Source of the DNA: Bacteroidales bacterium
Lineage (GTDB): Bacteria; Bacteroidota; Bacteroidia; Bacteroidales; UBA12077
Reading direction: 5' to 3'
Length of the DNA stretch: 64,000 nt
Assembly: GCA_021108325.1 (NCBI GenBank)
Contig: JAIORB010000027.1
Location: 20,469 to 84,468, forward strand
Under the pieces are notes generated by a model. That model searched no databases. It was not told where the DNA came from and saw only the letters and a list, made by a program, of their open reading frames with translations. Position numbers and translations under genes: made by a program. Shown piece after piece: positions 10,462-19,645 of this stretch; positions within the stretch are counted from its first letter, which is position 1, and each line of letters begins with the position of its first letter.

Positions 10462-12609
10462 TTATTTAACAATAGTCATTTCTTCAATCAAGTGTTTCGC
10501 TTCGGCAAATTTGTCAATAATAAATAGAGTATACCTAATATCAACATTAATACAACGTTGTAATTTCGGTTCGAAAACAATATCACCACTCATAGCTTCC
10601 CAGTTACCGTCGAATGCTGTTCCAATAAGCTCTCCTTTTGCATTTATTACAGGGCTTCCTGAATTTCCTCCTGTAATATCATTCGTAGATAAGAATGCAA
10701 CAGGCATTTCACCATTTTCTAATGCATACCGACCATAGTCTTTATTATTATAAAGTTCTTTTAATTTATCAGAAACTACAAATTCCCAGTTATCCGGATC
10801 TTCTTTTTCCATTACTCCTTTAAGAGTAGTTATATAATCGTAATGTACAGCATCCATTGGGTCGTAATCTAAAATAGAACCATAGGTCAAGCGCATAGTG
10901 AAGTTTGCATCCGGATATATAGCTTTACCTTTGTTCATTTCCATAATACCGCCAACGTACAATCTGTGTCCTTTATCAAAATCAGCATAAAATGGTGTTA
11001 AATTTTCGTGTAATTCCCGGTATTTATTATATATCGATTTTGAAGCAATATATGCAGGGTCTTTTGCTAATGTTTTAGCTGAAGGTTTTTCTAAAAACGC
11101 CCATAATTTAGTTGAATCTGTAAAAACCGATTTATTGTACATATTATCAACGAATTTGGAATAATCGTTTTTATATTTTGTTTCAATAGTATTAAAAATT
11201 TCCGGTTGATATTTCTTATCCACATTTTCAGCAAAGATTTTAAACATGGCTTTAGCTACTTTTTGATCTGTAGGTGTGTTGTAGTTTTTATAAAAACTTC
11301 TGGCTTTTTCTTTAGATTTACTAACTAAAGATTCAATTTCTTCCTTATTTCCTGAATTTAATACTTCTTCAAGATTTTTTGCTCCTGAAGCAAAATACAC
11401 AAGTTCTGTACCTCTTAACAGAGTTTCGGAAATATATTGATTGGCATGAGTATATTCTCCCCGAGACTTAACAGAGTTATCTATTAATGATAACGCATTT
11501 CCATATTTTTCTTTAAGTTCTGGTGATGAATTAAACCAGTCAGTAAATGTTTTCTCATTAACTTTTTTCTTATCAACGATTTTCAAACGTTTTAAAGCTT
11601 TATTCATTCCTATTGAATACTTCCAATAATTTGTTGATCTTGAATATTTTGACGCATATTTAATTCGAATAGCATCATCAGCAAGCATATCTTCTAAAAG
11701 AATTTCCTGACGTATACCACGGATATAAATTCTGTTTGCATTGCTTATGTTAATTGCTTCTTCAACTTCCGTTGATGTCATATATCTGTTAGTTCCTCCG
11801 GGGTAGCCTAAAATCATTGCAAAATCATTTTCCTCAACTCCTTTTAACGAAACAGGTAAATGATGTTTTGGTTTGTAAGGAACATTATCCGGAGAATAGT
11901 CAGCCGGTTTATTATCTTTATCGGCGTAAATTCTAAAAATAGAAAAATCACCGGTATGACGAGGCCACATCCAGTTGTCAGTATCAGCACCAAATTTCCC
12001 AATTGATGATGGAGGAGCTCCAACCATTCTTACATCAGTAAATTTTTCATAAACCAAAAGAAAAAACTGATTACCTCCATAAAAGCTTTGAACTTTTGCA
12101 TTGTAATGTGTTCCCTCAGTAGCTTCTTCAGCAATTTTACTTCCTACTTTATAAGCAGTATCTTGTCTTTCTATTTCAGACATTTCTTGTGTGAGAACAG
12201 AATTGATTTGGTCAGTTACATCTTCAATACGAACTAAAAATGTTACTGTTAGTCCCGGTGTTGCAATTTCTTCGTCCTTCGACATTGCCCAAAAACCTTC
12301 TTTCAAATAATCATGCTCGGGAGTACTATGTTGCTGAATAGCTCCATAACCACAATGATGGTTGGTTAACACTAATCCTTGATCAGAAATTACTTCACCT
12401 GTACATCCGCGGCCAAAAATTACAATTGCATCTTTTAAACTGGTTTTGTTTACACTGTAAATTTCTTCTGCTGATAGCTCGCAACCCATTTGTTGCATTT
12501 TTTCAATATTAAATTGTTGGATAAGTGATAATAACCACATTCCTTCATCAGCTTTTACTGAAATATTCAAAAGCAAAATGATACTTAAAATCGATAATAA
12601 TTTTTTCAT
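10462..12609 (-). CDS. S46 family dipeptidyl-peptidase (DPP7/DPP11-like)
   Basis: Signal peptide followed by DEGMWL, catalytic His context LVLTNHHCG and Ser context TGGNSGSPVIN; 715 aa. Confidence 0.85.
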   Translation of the reverse strand: MKKLLSILSIILLLNISVKADEGMWLLSLIQQFNIEKMQQMGCELSAEEIYSVNKTSLKDAIVIFGRGCTGEVISDQGLVLTNHHCGYGAIQQHSTPEHDYLKEGFWAMSKDEEIATPGLTVTFLVRIEDVTDQINSVLTQEMSEIERQDTAYKVGSKIAEEATEGTHYNAKVQSFYGGNQFFLLVYEKFTDVRMVGAPPSSIGKFGADTDNWMWPRHTGDFSIFRIYADKDNKPADYSPDNVPYKPKHHLPVSLKGVEENDFAMILGYPGGTNRYMTSTEVEEAINISNANRIYIRGIRQEILLEDMLADDAIRIKYASKYSRSTNYWKYSIGMNKALKRLKIVDKKKVNEKTFTDWFNSSPELKEKYGNALSLIDNSVKSRGEYTHANQYISETLLRGTELVYFASGAKNLEEVLNSGNKEEIESLVSKSKEKARSFYKNYNTPTDQKVAKAMFKIFAENVDKKYQPEIFNTIETKYKNDYSKFVDNMYNKSVFTDSTKLWAFLEKPSAKTLAKDPAYIASKSIYNKYRELHENLTPFYADFDKGHRLYVGGIMEMNKGKAIYPDANFTMRLTYGSILDYDPMDAVHYDYITTLKGVMEKEDPDNWEFVVSDKLKELYNNKDYGRYALENGEMPVAFLSTNDITGGNSGSPVINAKGELIGTAFDGNWEAMSGDIVFEPKLQRCINVDIRYTLFIIDKFAEAKHLIEEMTIVK

Positions 12610-12716
12610 GTTTTATTAATTTTGATTAAATAAATTTCCAATAAATGGTAGAATATTCTTAGATTAATTAATTCGTGTAAAGTTTAATTTAAAACTAAAA
12701 ATATTGTTTTTTAATA

Positions 12717-12724
12717 TACCTTTG
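12717..12724 (+). promoter_or_regulatory. candidate Bacteroidota -7 promoter box (TACCTTTG)
   Basis: Matches TAnnTTTG. It lies 43 nt upstream of ATG 12768 of rlmN and inside the longer ORF-track start, which argues for the downstream ATG. Confidence 0.4.
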
Positions 12725-12767
12725 TTTCGAGTTTTTGTTCAATAAATTTCGAATTTATCAACTAATT

Positions 12768-13811
12768 ATGGCAGAAAATAAAACTGATATCCTGACTTTA
12801 TCTCTTGGCGAAATTAAAGATTTTTTGATTAAAAAAGGAGAAAAAGCTTTTCGGGCAAAACAAATTTATGAATGGTTATGGAAAAAGCCGGTGAATAGCT
12901 TCGAAGGAATGACCAATATATCAAAAGATCTCAGGACTTTATTAGATGATAATTTCGTTATTCAGGCGGTTCAAGTTGAGGATTTACAAATAAGTAAGGA
13001 TAAAACCATAAAAGTAGCATTGAAATTATTCGATGGGGTAATAGTAGAAAGTGTTTTAATTCCTGTGGACAACAGAGCAACTGCATGTATTTCGTCACAG
13101 GTTGGGTGTAACTTAGGATGCGAATTTTGTGCAACAGCTAAATTGGGATTAAGAAGAAATTTAAGTGTCGGTGAAATTTATCATCAGGTTGTTGAAATTA
13201 TGAAACTGGCAAATGAAAAATATAACCTCTCATTAACAAATATTGTATTAATGGGAATGGGAGAACCATTATTAAATTACGACAATGTTCTGAAATCAAT
13301 GGAAATGGTTTCATCTGAAGATGGACTTGGAATGTCGCCCCAACGGATTACTCTTTCTACAGTTGGCTTACCACGAATGATAAAAAAACTTGCAGATGAC
13401 AAGGTTAAATTTAATTTAGCTGTTTCGTTGCATTCGGCAAACGACAGAAAAAGAAGTGAGTTTATGCCGGTTAATAAAAGGAATTCATTATCTGAACTGA
13501 GAGATGCTCTGGTATATTTTAATGAAAAAACAAATCAACGAATAACTTTTGAATATTTGATGATGGCGGGTATAAACGATTCATTAAAAGATGCGCAGGA
13601 GTTTGCTGAATATTGTAAAAGTTTTCCTGTAAAAATCAATATTATCGAATACAACTCAACAAGTGATAAACGATTTAAAAAATCATCGAACGATACATTT
13701 AATGAGTTTGTAACATTCATGAAAAGCAAAAACCTTGTTGTGAATGTACGACGAAGCCGCGGTCAGGATATTGATGCAGCTTGTGGACAATTAGCGGGGA
13801 AGAAAAAGTAA
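12768..13811 (+). CDS. rlmN: 23S rRNA/tRNA (adenine-C2)-methyltransferase RlmN (radical SAM)
   Basis: Radical SAM motif CNLGCEFCATA, GMGEPLLNY and C-terminal DIDAACGQL. Start moved to MAENK (ATG 12768). Confidence 0.85.
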   Translation: MAENKTDILTLSLGEIKDFLIKKGEKAFRAKQIYEWLWKKPVNSFEGMTNISKDLRTLLDDNFVIQAVQVEDLQISKDKTIKVALKLFDGVIVESVLIPVDNRATACISSQVGCNLGCEFCATAKLGLRRNLSVGEIYHQVVEIMKLANEKYNLSLTNIVLMGMGEPLLNYDNVLKSMEMVSSEDGLGMSPQRITLSTVGLPRMIKKLADDKVKFNLAVSLHSANDRKRSEFMPVNKRNSLSELRDALVYFNEKTNQRITFEYLMMAGINDSLKDAQEFAEYCKSFPVKINIIEYNSTSDKRFKKSSNDTFNEFVTFMKSKNLVVNVRRSRGQDIDAACGQLAGKKK

Positions 13812-13812
13812 T

Positions 13813-13908
13813 AATCACCCCTAAAGTCCCCTCAAGGGGACATAAACTCCAATTTTAAAAAATGCATATTCTCCCTTGAGGGAGATGCCCAAAGGGCAGA
13901 GGGTGAAT
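13813..13908. repeat. composite GC-rich palindromic element between convergent rlmN and rnhB
   Basis: Three mini-hairpins: gtcccc-tcaa-ggggac (13826-13841), tctccc-ttga-gggaga (13870-13885) and tgccc-aaa-gggca (13886-13898). They are bracketed by inverted termini tcaccc (13815-13820) / gggtga (13901-13906). Confidence 0.6.
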
Positions 13909-13920
13909 TTATGAAATATT

Positions 13921-14532
13921 TTAAAATTGAATTCCCAATTGTTTATCCAGTAGCCTGAATGTCATTCGATGAAATGGCGTTGTTCCAAAATCTCTGATTG
14001 CCTGTCGGTGTTCTTTTGTTGGATATCCTTTATTTCTTTTCCAGTTATATTCGGGATGTTTTTGGTGTAAATCACACATAATATCATCACGGTAAGTTTT
14101 TGCCAGAATTGAAGCTGCTGCAATAGAATAATATTTTGAATCACCCTTAATAATACATTGATGTGGTATATTTTTATATTTTATAAATTTATTTCCATCG
14201 ATAATAATGTGATAAGGCAACATATTAAGTGAATCAAGAGCCTTGTGCATTGCCATAATTGACGCTCTCAAAATATTTAATTCGTCTATTTCTTTATTAT
14301 CAATAATTCCAATAGCATACGAAATGGCACATGCCTCAATTTCTTTGCGAAGTAAATACCTGTTTTTTTCGTTTATTTTTTTTGAGTCGTTTAAAACCGG
14401 ATGAGTAAAATCTCCCGGAAGAATAACTGCTGCAGCAACAACAGGTCCGGCAAGACAACCCCGGCCGGCTTCATCGCAACCAGCTTCAATAGTTCCTCTC
14501 TTATAAAAGCTTAATAGTTGAGCCTTGTTCAT
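13921..14532 (-). CDS. rnhB: ribonuclease HII
   Basis: [16 protein letters not shown]-terminal catalytic motif, DSK and [10 protein letters not shown] motifs. Confidence 0.9.
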   Translation of the reverse strand: MNKAQLLSFYKRGTIEAGCDEAGRGCLAGPVVAAAVILPGDFTHPVLNDSKKINEKNRYLLRKEIEACAISYAIGIIDNKEIDELNILRASIMAMHKALDSLNMLPYHIIIDGNKFIKYKNIPHQCIIKGDSKYYSIAAASILAKTYRDDIMCDLHQKHPEYNWKRNKGYPTKEHRQAIRDFGTTPFHRMTFRLLDKQLGIQF

Positions 14533-14606
14533 TTAAGTAAAACTAAGTTGGTTGAAATTTGGTAAATTATAATTGAGTCTGGTATAAAAACTAAAACAAT
14601 TGCACT

Positions 14607-14710
14607 CCTGGTCTGCCGACAGGCAGGCTAGGTGCTTAGCGGATTTGCTAACAAATTGATAATAAGATTGCTGATTTTGTAGCATTTTATAAAAATAGCC
14701 GCTTAGCACC
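14607..14710. repeat. MITE/REP-like intergenic element (hairpin plus GGTGCTTAGCGG-type inverted termini)
   Basis: Hairpin ctgcc-gaca-ggcag at 14613-14626. ggtgcttagcgg (14631-14642) and gccgcttagcacc (14698-14710) form a near-perfect inverted repeat. A second copy sits at 58477-58575 in the opposite orientation and shares ggtgctaagcggctat. Confidence 0.6.
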
Positions 14711-14730
14711 TTTTTAAACTAAACTAATAA

Positions 14731-15888
14731 TTATTTCTTAATACGTTTTTCAGGCATTGCCTGTTCATTTAACACTTTTTCTATACTTTTCCAGAATTTT
14801 TCAGCAGTTTTATCCCAGCTAAATTTTTGTCGTTGTATTTTACCCTTTTCTATTAACTGATTTCTCAGATGTGGACCATTATATATTTTTATCATTGCAT
14901 CGGCAATGGATTGTACAGAAACAGGATTCACAAATAAGGCTGCATCTCCTGCCACTTCGGGCATTGATGTGACATTTGATGTTATTACTGCTGTGTCACA
15001 ATTCATAGCTTCAATAATAGGAATTCCGAATCCTTCAAAATATGGAACATAAGTTAAGGCAAATGCTGCGCTATAAAGATTTTTTAACTGAAAAGGATCC
15101 ATTCTACCTGTAAAAACGATATCATTTTTAAAGCTCATTTTATTAAAAACATCTTTTATGTTTTTTGTCTTAAACATTTTCTCACCAACTATAACAAGCT
15201 TTAAATTACTTTTAGTTTTGGACTTAAACAGATCAAATGCAGAAAGAAGATTAGCTACATTTTTTCGTGGACTTAAAGCACCAACAAATATGAAAAAATC
15301 AGCTCCTCCTGTGTATTGTTGTTTGGCTTTTAATATTTCATCATTTAAGGAAGGTTTGTAAATCTCATTTGATCCATTATAAACTACATCAATATTTTCG
15401 GCATTTAAATTATACTGTTGGGCAATATCCTGTTTTGAAAATTCAGAAACTGTTACAATTTTATTTGCCTTTTGTGCAAAACGAGGAAAGAAATACTGAT
15501 AATAATTGCGTATACCGAAAGGGAAATCCTTTGGGTTATGAACAAAACTGATATCGTGAATAACAGCTATAGATTTTATATTTGATCTTAATGATAAGAA
15601 TCCATCAGGAGAAATAAAGATATCGGCATTAATTTGTTTAAGAATTTTAGAAACTGACTTTTCGAACCAGTAATAAAACAAAACCGGATGTCGCGCTTGC
15701 GGACCGATAACAATAGCTTGAACATTATCAGAAAAGATGAATTCCTTGCTATATGATCTGTCAAAAATAAAATAGAAATTATGTTCAGGATGATTTTGCG
15801 TAATTCGTTTCAAGGTTTCGTAAGTAAACCACCCGATACCTTCCAGTTTATTTTTTAATAAAACTCTTGTGTTAACAGTAATATTCAA
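14731..15888 (-). CDS. glycosyltransferase family 4 (GT-B fold)
   Basis: C-terminal FEGFGIPIIEAMNCDTAVITS motif. The longest ORF reaches ATG 15963 but would overlap the divergent neighbour. TTG at 15888 gives MNITVNTRVLLKNKLEGIGWF, the usual N-terminus for this family. Confidence 0.7.
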   Translation of the reverse strand: MNITVNTRVLLKNKLEGIGWFTYETLKRITQNHPEHNFYFIFDRSYSKEFIFSDNVQAIVIGPQARHPVLFYYWFEKSVSKILKQINADIFISPDGFLSLRSNIKSIAVIHDISFVHNPKDFPFGIRNYYQYFFPRFAQKANKIVTVSEFSKQDIAQQYNLNAENIDVVYNGSNEIYKPSLNDEILKAKQQYTGGADFFIFVGALSPRKNVANLLSAFDLFKSKTKSNLKLVIVGEKMFKTKNIKDVFNKMSFKNDIVFTGRMDPFQLKNLYSAAFALTYVPYFEGFGIPIIEAMNCDTAVITSNVTSMPEVAGDAALFVNPVSVQSIADAMIKIYNGPHLRNQLIEKGKIQRQKFSWDKTAEKFWKSIEKVLNEQAMPEKRIKK

Positions 15889-15913
15889 AAGGGAACATTT
15901 TAATGGATTATTA

Positions 15914-15921
15914 TATCTTTG
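15914..15921 (+). promoter_or_regulatory. candidate -7 promoter box (TATCTTTG) within a 17-nt palindrome
   Basis: TAnnTTTG match 20 nt upstream of TTG 15941. It overlaps the palindrome atctttgt-a-acaaagat (15915-15931) located between the two divergent genes. Confidence 0.4.
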
Positions 15922-15940
15922 TAACAAAGATGCTAAAAAA

Positions 15941-16687
15941 TTGAAGAACTTTATAAAATACATACTTCAAAAAATTCTGGGCCTGCATAATTACCTTTTT
16001 TTATTTGCTCGATTTGTAATTTTAAAATTACCATATGATAAAAACGAAAAAGATTTTTTAAGATTTATTGATTTAATTGAAGATGGCGGACATGTATTGG
16101 ATATTGGTGCCAATATTGGTGTAATGACATACCATTTTTCAAAAAAACTTTCTGAATCTACGGTGTATGTTTTTGAACCAATACCTGATAATTTAAAAGT
16201 ATTAAGAAGAATAGTCGAAAAATTTAATTTGTCAAATGTGAAGATTTATCCATACGCACTTGGGGACAAAAATGATATTGTAAAAATGGTAATGCCTCAA
16301 TTTAATAAGGTGTATTTTCATGGATTAAGTCATGTTGAGGAAGTAAATAAAGTAAATAAAGGACATTTATATGATGTTGAGATGAAACGTTTGGATAATC
16401 ATGAAGAATTTAAGAATGTTAAAATTAATGCTGTTAAAATTGATGTAGAGGAGTATGAGTATAATGTGCTCAGAGGTGCTGAAGAGTTAATACAAAGAAA
16501 CAGACCATTGATTTATTGTGAGCTTTGGGAAAGTGAAAATCGAGAAAAAAGTTTTAAGCTTATTAGCAAATTAAACTATAAAGTATTTATAAATCAGGAA
16601 AATATTTTAAATGAATACAAAGAACAAAAAGGATATCAGAATTTTTTCTTTATCCCGGCAGAACATTGTGATTCCCTGAAACTTTAG
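15941..16687 (+). CDS. FkbM-family SAM-dependent methyltransferase
   Basis: SAM-binding VLDIGANIGVMT. There is no in-frame ATG near the 5' end. TTG 15941 gives (M)KNFIKYILQKILG; the alternative is GTG 15869 (the track start). Confidence 0.65.
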   Translation: MKNFIKYILQKILGLHNYLFLFARFVILKLPYDKNEKDFLRFIDLIEDGGHVLDIGANIGVMTYHFSKKLSESTVYVFEPIPDNLKVLRRIVEKFNLSNVKIYPYALGDKNDIVKMVMPQFNKVYFHGLSHVEEVNKVNKGHLYDVEMKRLDNHEEFKNVKINAVKIDVEEYEYNVLRGAEELIQRNRPLIYCELWESENREKSFKLISKLNYKVFINQENILNEYKEQKGYQNFFFIPAEHCDSLKL

Positions 16688-16714
16688 TAACTTTATATTT
16701 CTAATTTATTTGTT

Positions 16715-18157
16715 TTGAAAAGAAAGTTTTTTACCAACCTTTCATTATTAGTATTGCTTAATCTGTTGATTAAGCCATTCTGGATATTCGGTATCGATCG
16801 AACCGTTCAGAATGTTGTTGGTGCAGAAGAGTACGGATTGTACTTTTCACTTTTTAACTTTTCCTTATTGCTGAATATGCTACTCGATTTTGGCATTACT
16901 AACTATAATAACCGGAATATTGCTCAAAATCATCAGTTATTAAGTAAGTCATTATCAAATATTGTTGGCTTAAAACTGCTTCTGGCAATATTGTATGCAA
17001 TAGTAACTATTGTTGTAGGGTTCTTTATTGGCTACGAAGGGAGGCAGTTCCAGTTATTGTTATTCCTGATTTTAAATCAGTTTATAGCATCTTTTATTTT
17101 ATATCTCAGGTCAAATCTAAGTGGTTTGCATTATTTTAAAACCGATAGCTTTATTTCAGTTCTCGATCGCGCACTAATGATTATAATTTGCGGGATTTTA
17201 CTCTGGGGTGGGGTAACAGAAACTGATTTTAAAATTGAATGGTTTGTTTATGCACAAACAGTAGCTTATGTGTCGACTGTGTTAATTACGATGGTTATTG
17301 TATACAGTAAAGCAGAGTTATTGAGTTTAAATTTCGATAAAACATATTTTATTGCCACCTTAAAAAAGAGTTATCCATACGCTTTATTAGCGCTTTTAAT
17401 GGTTTTTTATTACAGGGTCGATTCGGTGATGCTTGAAAGAATGTTGCCTGACGGGAAAGAGCAGGCAGGAATATATGCACAGGGTTTCAGAATTTTAGAT
17501 GCAGCAGCTATGTTTGCATTTTTGTTTGCTGTGTTACTTCTTCCAATATTCTCACGAATGATAAAACAGAAAAACCCGGTTAATCAGTTAACACTTTTCT
17601 CGTTTTTATTATTAATTGTTCCTGTTTTGGGTGTTACTTTCGCATCGTATTTTTACAGAACAGAACTAATTGATTTACTGTATCATCAGCATGTTGAAAC
17701 ATCAGCATCAATTTTTGGAATATTGATATTATGTTTTATTGGAATATCTACAAGTTATATTTTTGGAACATTGTTAACTGCTAACGGAAGTTTAAAAGAG
17801 TTAAACATTATGGCTACAGGAGGCGTTATAATTAACATTGTACTTAATTTGATATTGATTCCAAAATATTACGCTTTTGGTGCTGCAATAGCCAGTTTAA
17901 TTACTCAATCATTTACTGCAATTATACAGATTGTTCTTGCAAAAAGAATATTTGGATTTAATATTAATATTAAAAGAATTACGATATTAACACTTTTTGT
18001 AGCAGGAGTTTTTGTTATTGCAAAACTTTCACTACAAGTAAATTTATTCTGGATTTATAAATTTGTCGGAATTATTGTGTTCTCGTTAATTCTGGCTTTT
18101 GTATTCAGATTAATAAATCTGAAAGTATTATACGATCTTGTTAAAAATGGTGATTAG
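16715..18157 (+). CDS. polysaccharide/oligosaccharide flippase (Wzx / MOP superfamily)
   Basis: 480-aa polytopic membrane protein with many TM helices, sitting beside glycosyltransferase and methyltransferase genes. Confidence 0.65.
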   Translation: MKRKFFTNLSLLVLLNLLIKPFWIFGIDRTVQNVVGAEEYGLYFSLFNFSLLLNMLLDFGITNYNNRNIAQNHQLLSKSLSNIVGLKLLLAILYAIVTIVVGFFIGYEGRQFQLLLFLILNQFIASFILYLRSNLSGLHYFKTDSFISVLDRALMIIICGILLWGGVTETDFKIEWFVYAQTVAYVSTVLITMVIVYSKAELLSLNFDKTYFIATLKKSYPYALLALLMVFYYRVDSVMLERMLPDGKEQAGIYAQGFRILDAAAMFAFLFAVLLLPIFSRMIKQKNPVNQLTLFSFLLLIVPVLGVTFASYFYRTELIDLLYHQHVETSASIFGILILCFIGISTSYIFGTLLTANGSLKELNIMATGGVIINIVLNLILIPKYYAFGAAIASLITQSFTAIIQIVLAKRIFGFNINIKRITILTLFVAGVFVIAKLSLQVNLFWIYKFVGIIVFSLILAFVFRLINLKVLYDLVKNGD

Positions 18158-18163
18158 TAAAGA

Positions 18164-18196
18164 ACCTTTTCCAAAGTTTAAAACTTTAGAAAAGGT
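18164..18196. terminator. bidirectional palindromic terminator between flippase and phosphohexomutase genes
   Basis: accttttccaaagttt-a-aaactttagaaaaggt: 16-bp arms with one mismatch. Nearly the same sequence as the palindrome at 54210-54239. Confidence 0.6.
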
Positions 18197-18206
18197 TTAA
18201 AAAATA

Positions 18207-19544
18207 TTATTTGAATTTCTTAAGAATCGTTTTAATATCTTTTATTCTTTCTTTTAGTATTTCTTTATTATCAGCTTCAACTAATAATCGCAAATAGGGC
18301 TCAGTATTGGAAGGGCGAACATTGAACCACCAGTTTTTAAATTCGATACGATAACCATCAAAATCAAGAATTTCCATAGGTTCTTCTTCGGTAACGAAAT
18401 AATCTTTTAAAGCTTCCATAGCTTCTTGTTTTTGCTCAATTTTAAAATTGATTTCGCCGGAATTTGCGTATTTACTAATATTTGAAATTATCTCCGACAT
18501 GGTTTTTCCTTCTTTTTTAAATTGTGAAAGCAGATTTAAAACAATTAATGAGGCTAAAATACCTGAATCGGAATAAAAGAAATCGCGGAAATAATAATGA
18601 CCTGCTAATTCGCCGCCGTATATACCGTTTATTTCTCTTAATTTTGGCGTAGCATAAGCTCTCCCCACTCGCCAGGTGTGCATTTTACCACCTAGCTTTT
18701 CAACATATTCTTTTACAGCTTTTGATGTACGGATATCTTCAAGAACAGCACCGTTTTCTTTTTCAAGAAAATAATGTGCCATAAATCCAATAATTAAATC
18801 CGGAGAAATGAACTTGCCTTTTTCGTCAACAAACATTACACGATCCGCATCGCCATCGAAAATAACTCCAATATCACATTTTTCACTTAAAACTGTTTTT
18901 TTAAGGTCAGCAACATTTTCTTCGATTAAAGGATTTGGTTCATGATTTGGGAAGCTGCCATCCAGGTCTTCATATAAATAAACAGGTCTTTTGCCTAAGA
19001 ACTTTTTAATTAAAAACCCGGCCATCCCATTAGAACAATCTACAGCCATTTTCAGGTTTGAGTAATCCTGAACATAAGTTTTTAAAAACTCAACATATTC
19101 ACCTTTAACTTTATAGTCAACTATTTTCCCTTTCTTATCTGCAATAACAATATCACGGGTTTGGATCATTTCTAAAAGCTTTTTCAATCCTGTATCATAA
19201 CCAACGGGCAAAGCATTGGATTTAGAAATTTTCATTCCGTTATACTCACGTGAATTATGCGATGCTGTAATTTGCACCGATGCAGCAAAATTATGTTTTG
19301 CTGTAATGTAATATACCATTGGAGTAGTTGAAATACCAATATTATAAACATTTGCTCCACTATCAATAATTCCCTGAGCAAGATTTTCAAAAATTTCATC
19401 AGAAGAAATCCTAACATCTCTTCCAACAAGTACATTGTCGGCTTGTAAAAGTTCTGGCAGAAAATACCCGATTTTATAAGCATCATCTTTATTGAAATCC
19501 TCGTTATAAATACCTCTGATGTCGTATGCCTTAAAAGCTTTCAT
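18207..19544 (-). CDS. phosphomannomutase/phosphoglucomutase (alpha-D-phosphohexomutase family)
   Basis: Phosphoserine loop TASHNSREYNGMK and metal-binding loop FDGDADRVMF; 445 aa. Confidence 0.85.
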   Translation of the reverse strand: MKAFKAYDIRGIYNEDFNKDDAYKIGYFLPELLQADNVLVGRDVRISSDEIFENLAQGIIDSGANVYNIGISTTPMVYYITAKHNFAASVQITASHNSREYNGMKISKSNALPVGYDTGLKKLLEMIQTRDIVIADKKGKIVDYKVKGEYVEFLKTYVQDYSNLKMAVDCSNGMAGFLIKKFLGKRPVYLYEDLDGSFPNHEPNPLIEENVADLKKTVLSEKCDIGVIFDGDADRVMFVDEKGKFISPDLIIGFMAHYFLEKENGAVLEDIRTSKAVKEYVEKLGGKMHTWRVGRAYATPKLREINGIYGGELAGHYYFRDFFYSDSGILASLIVLNLLSQFKKEGKTMSEIISNISKYANSGEINFKIEQKQEAMEALKDYFVTEEEPMEILDFDGYRIEFKNWWFNVRPSNTEPYLRLLVEADNKEILKERIKDIKTILKKFK

Positions 19545-19645
19545 AATTAAATTTACATTAATAGAACTGATAATTTAGAAAGAAAGAAGCCAGATTTTAA
19601 ACTGACTTTCAAAAGTTTTCGATGATGCAAAAATGCGATTTTTTT

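Noticed and set aside
10361-10738. 125-aa plus-strand ORF
   Set aside because: It overlaps the 3' end of the S46 peptidase gene in antisense and spans its terminator hairpin. The composition looks non-coding.
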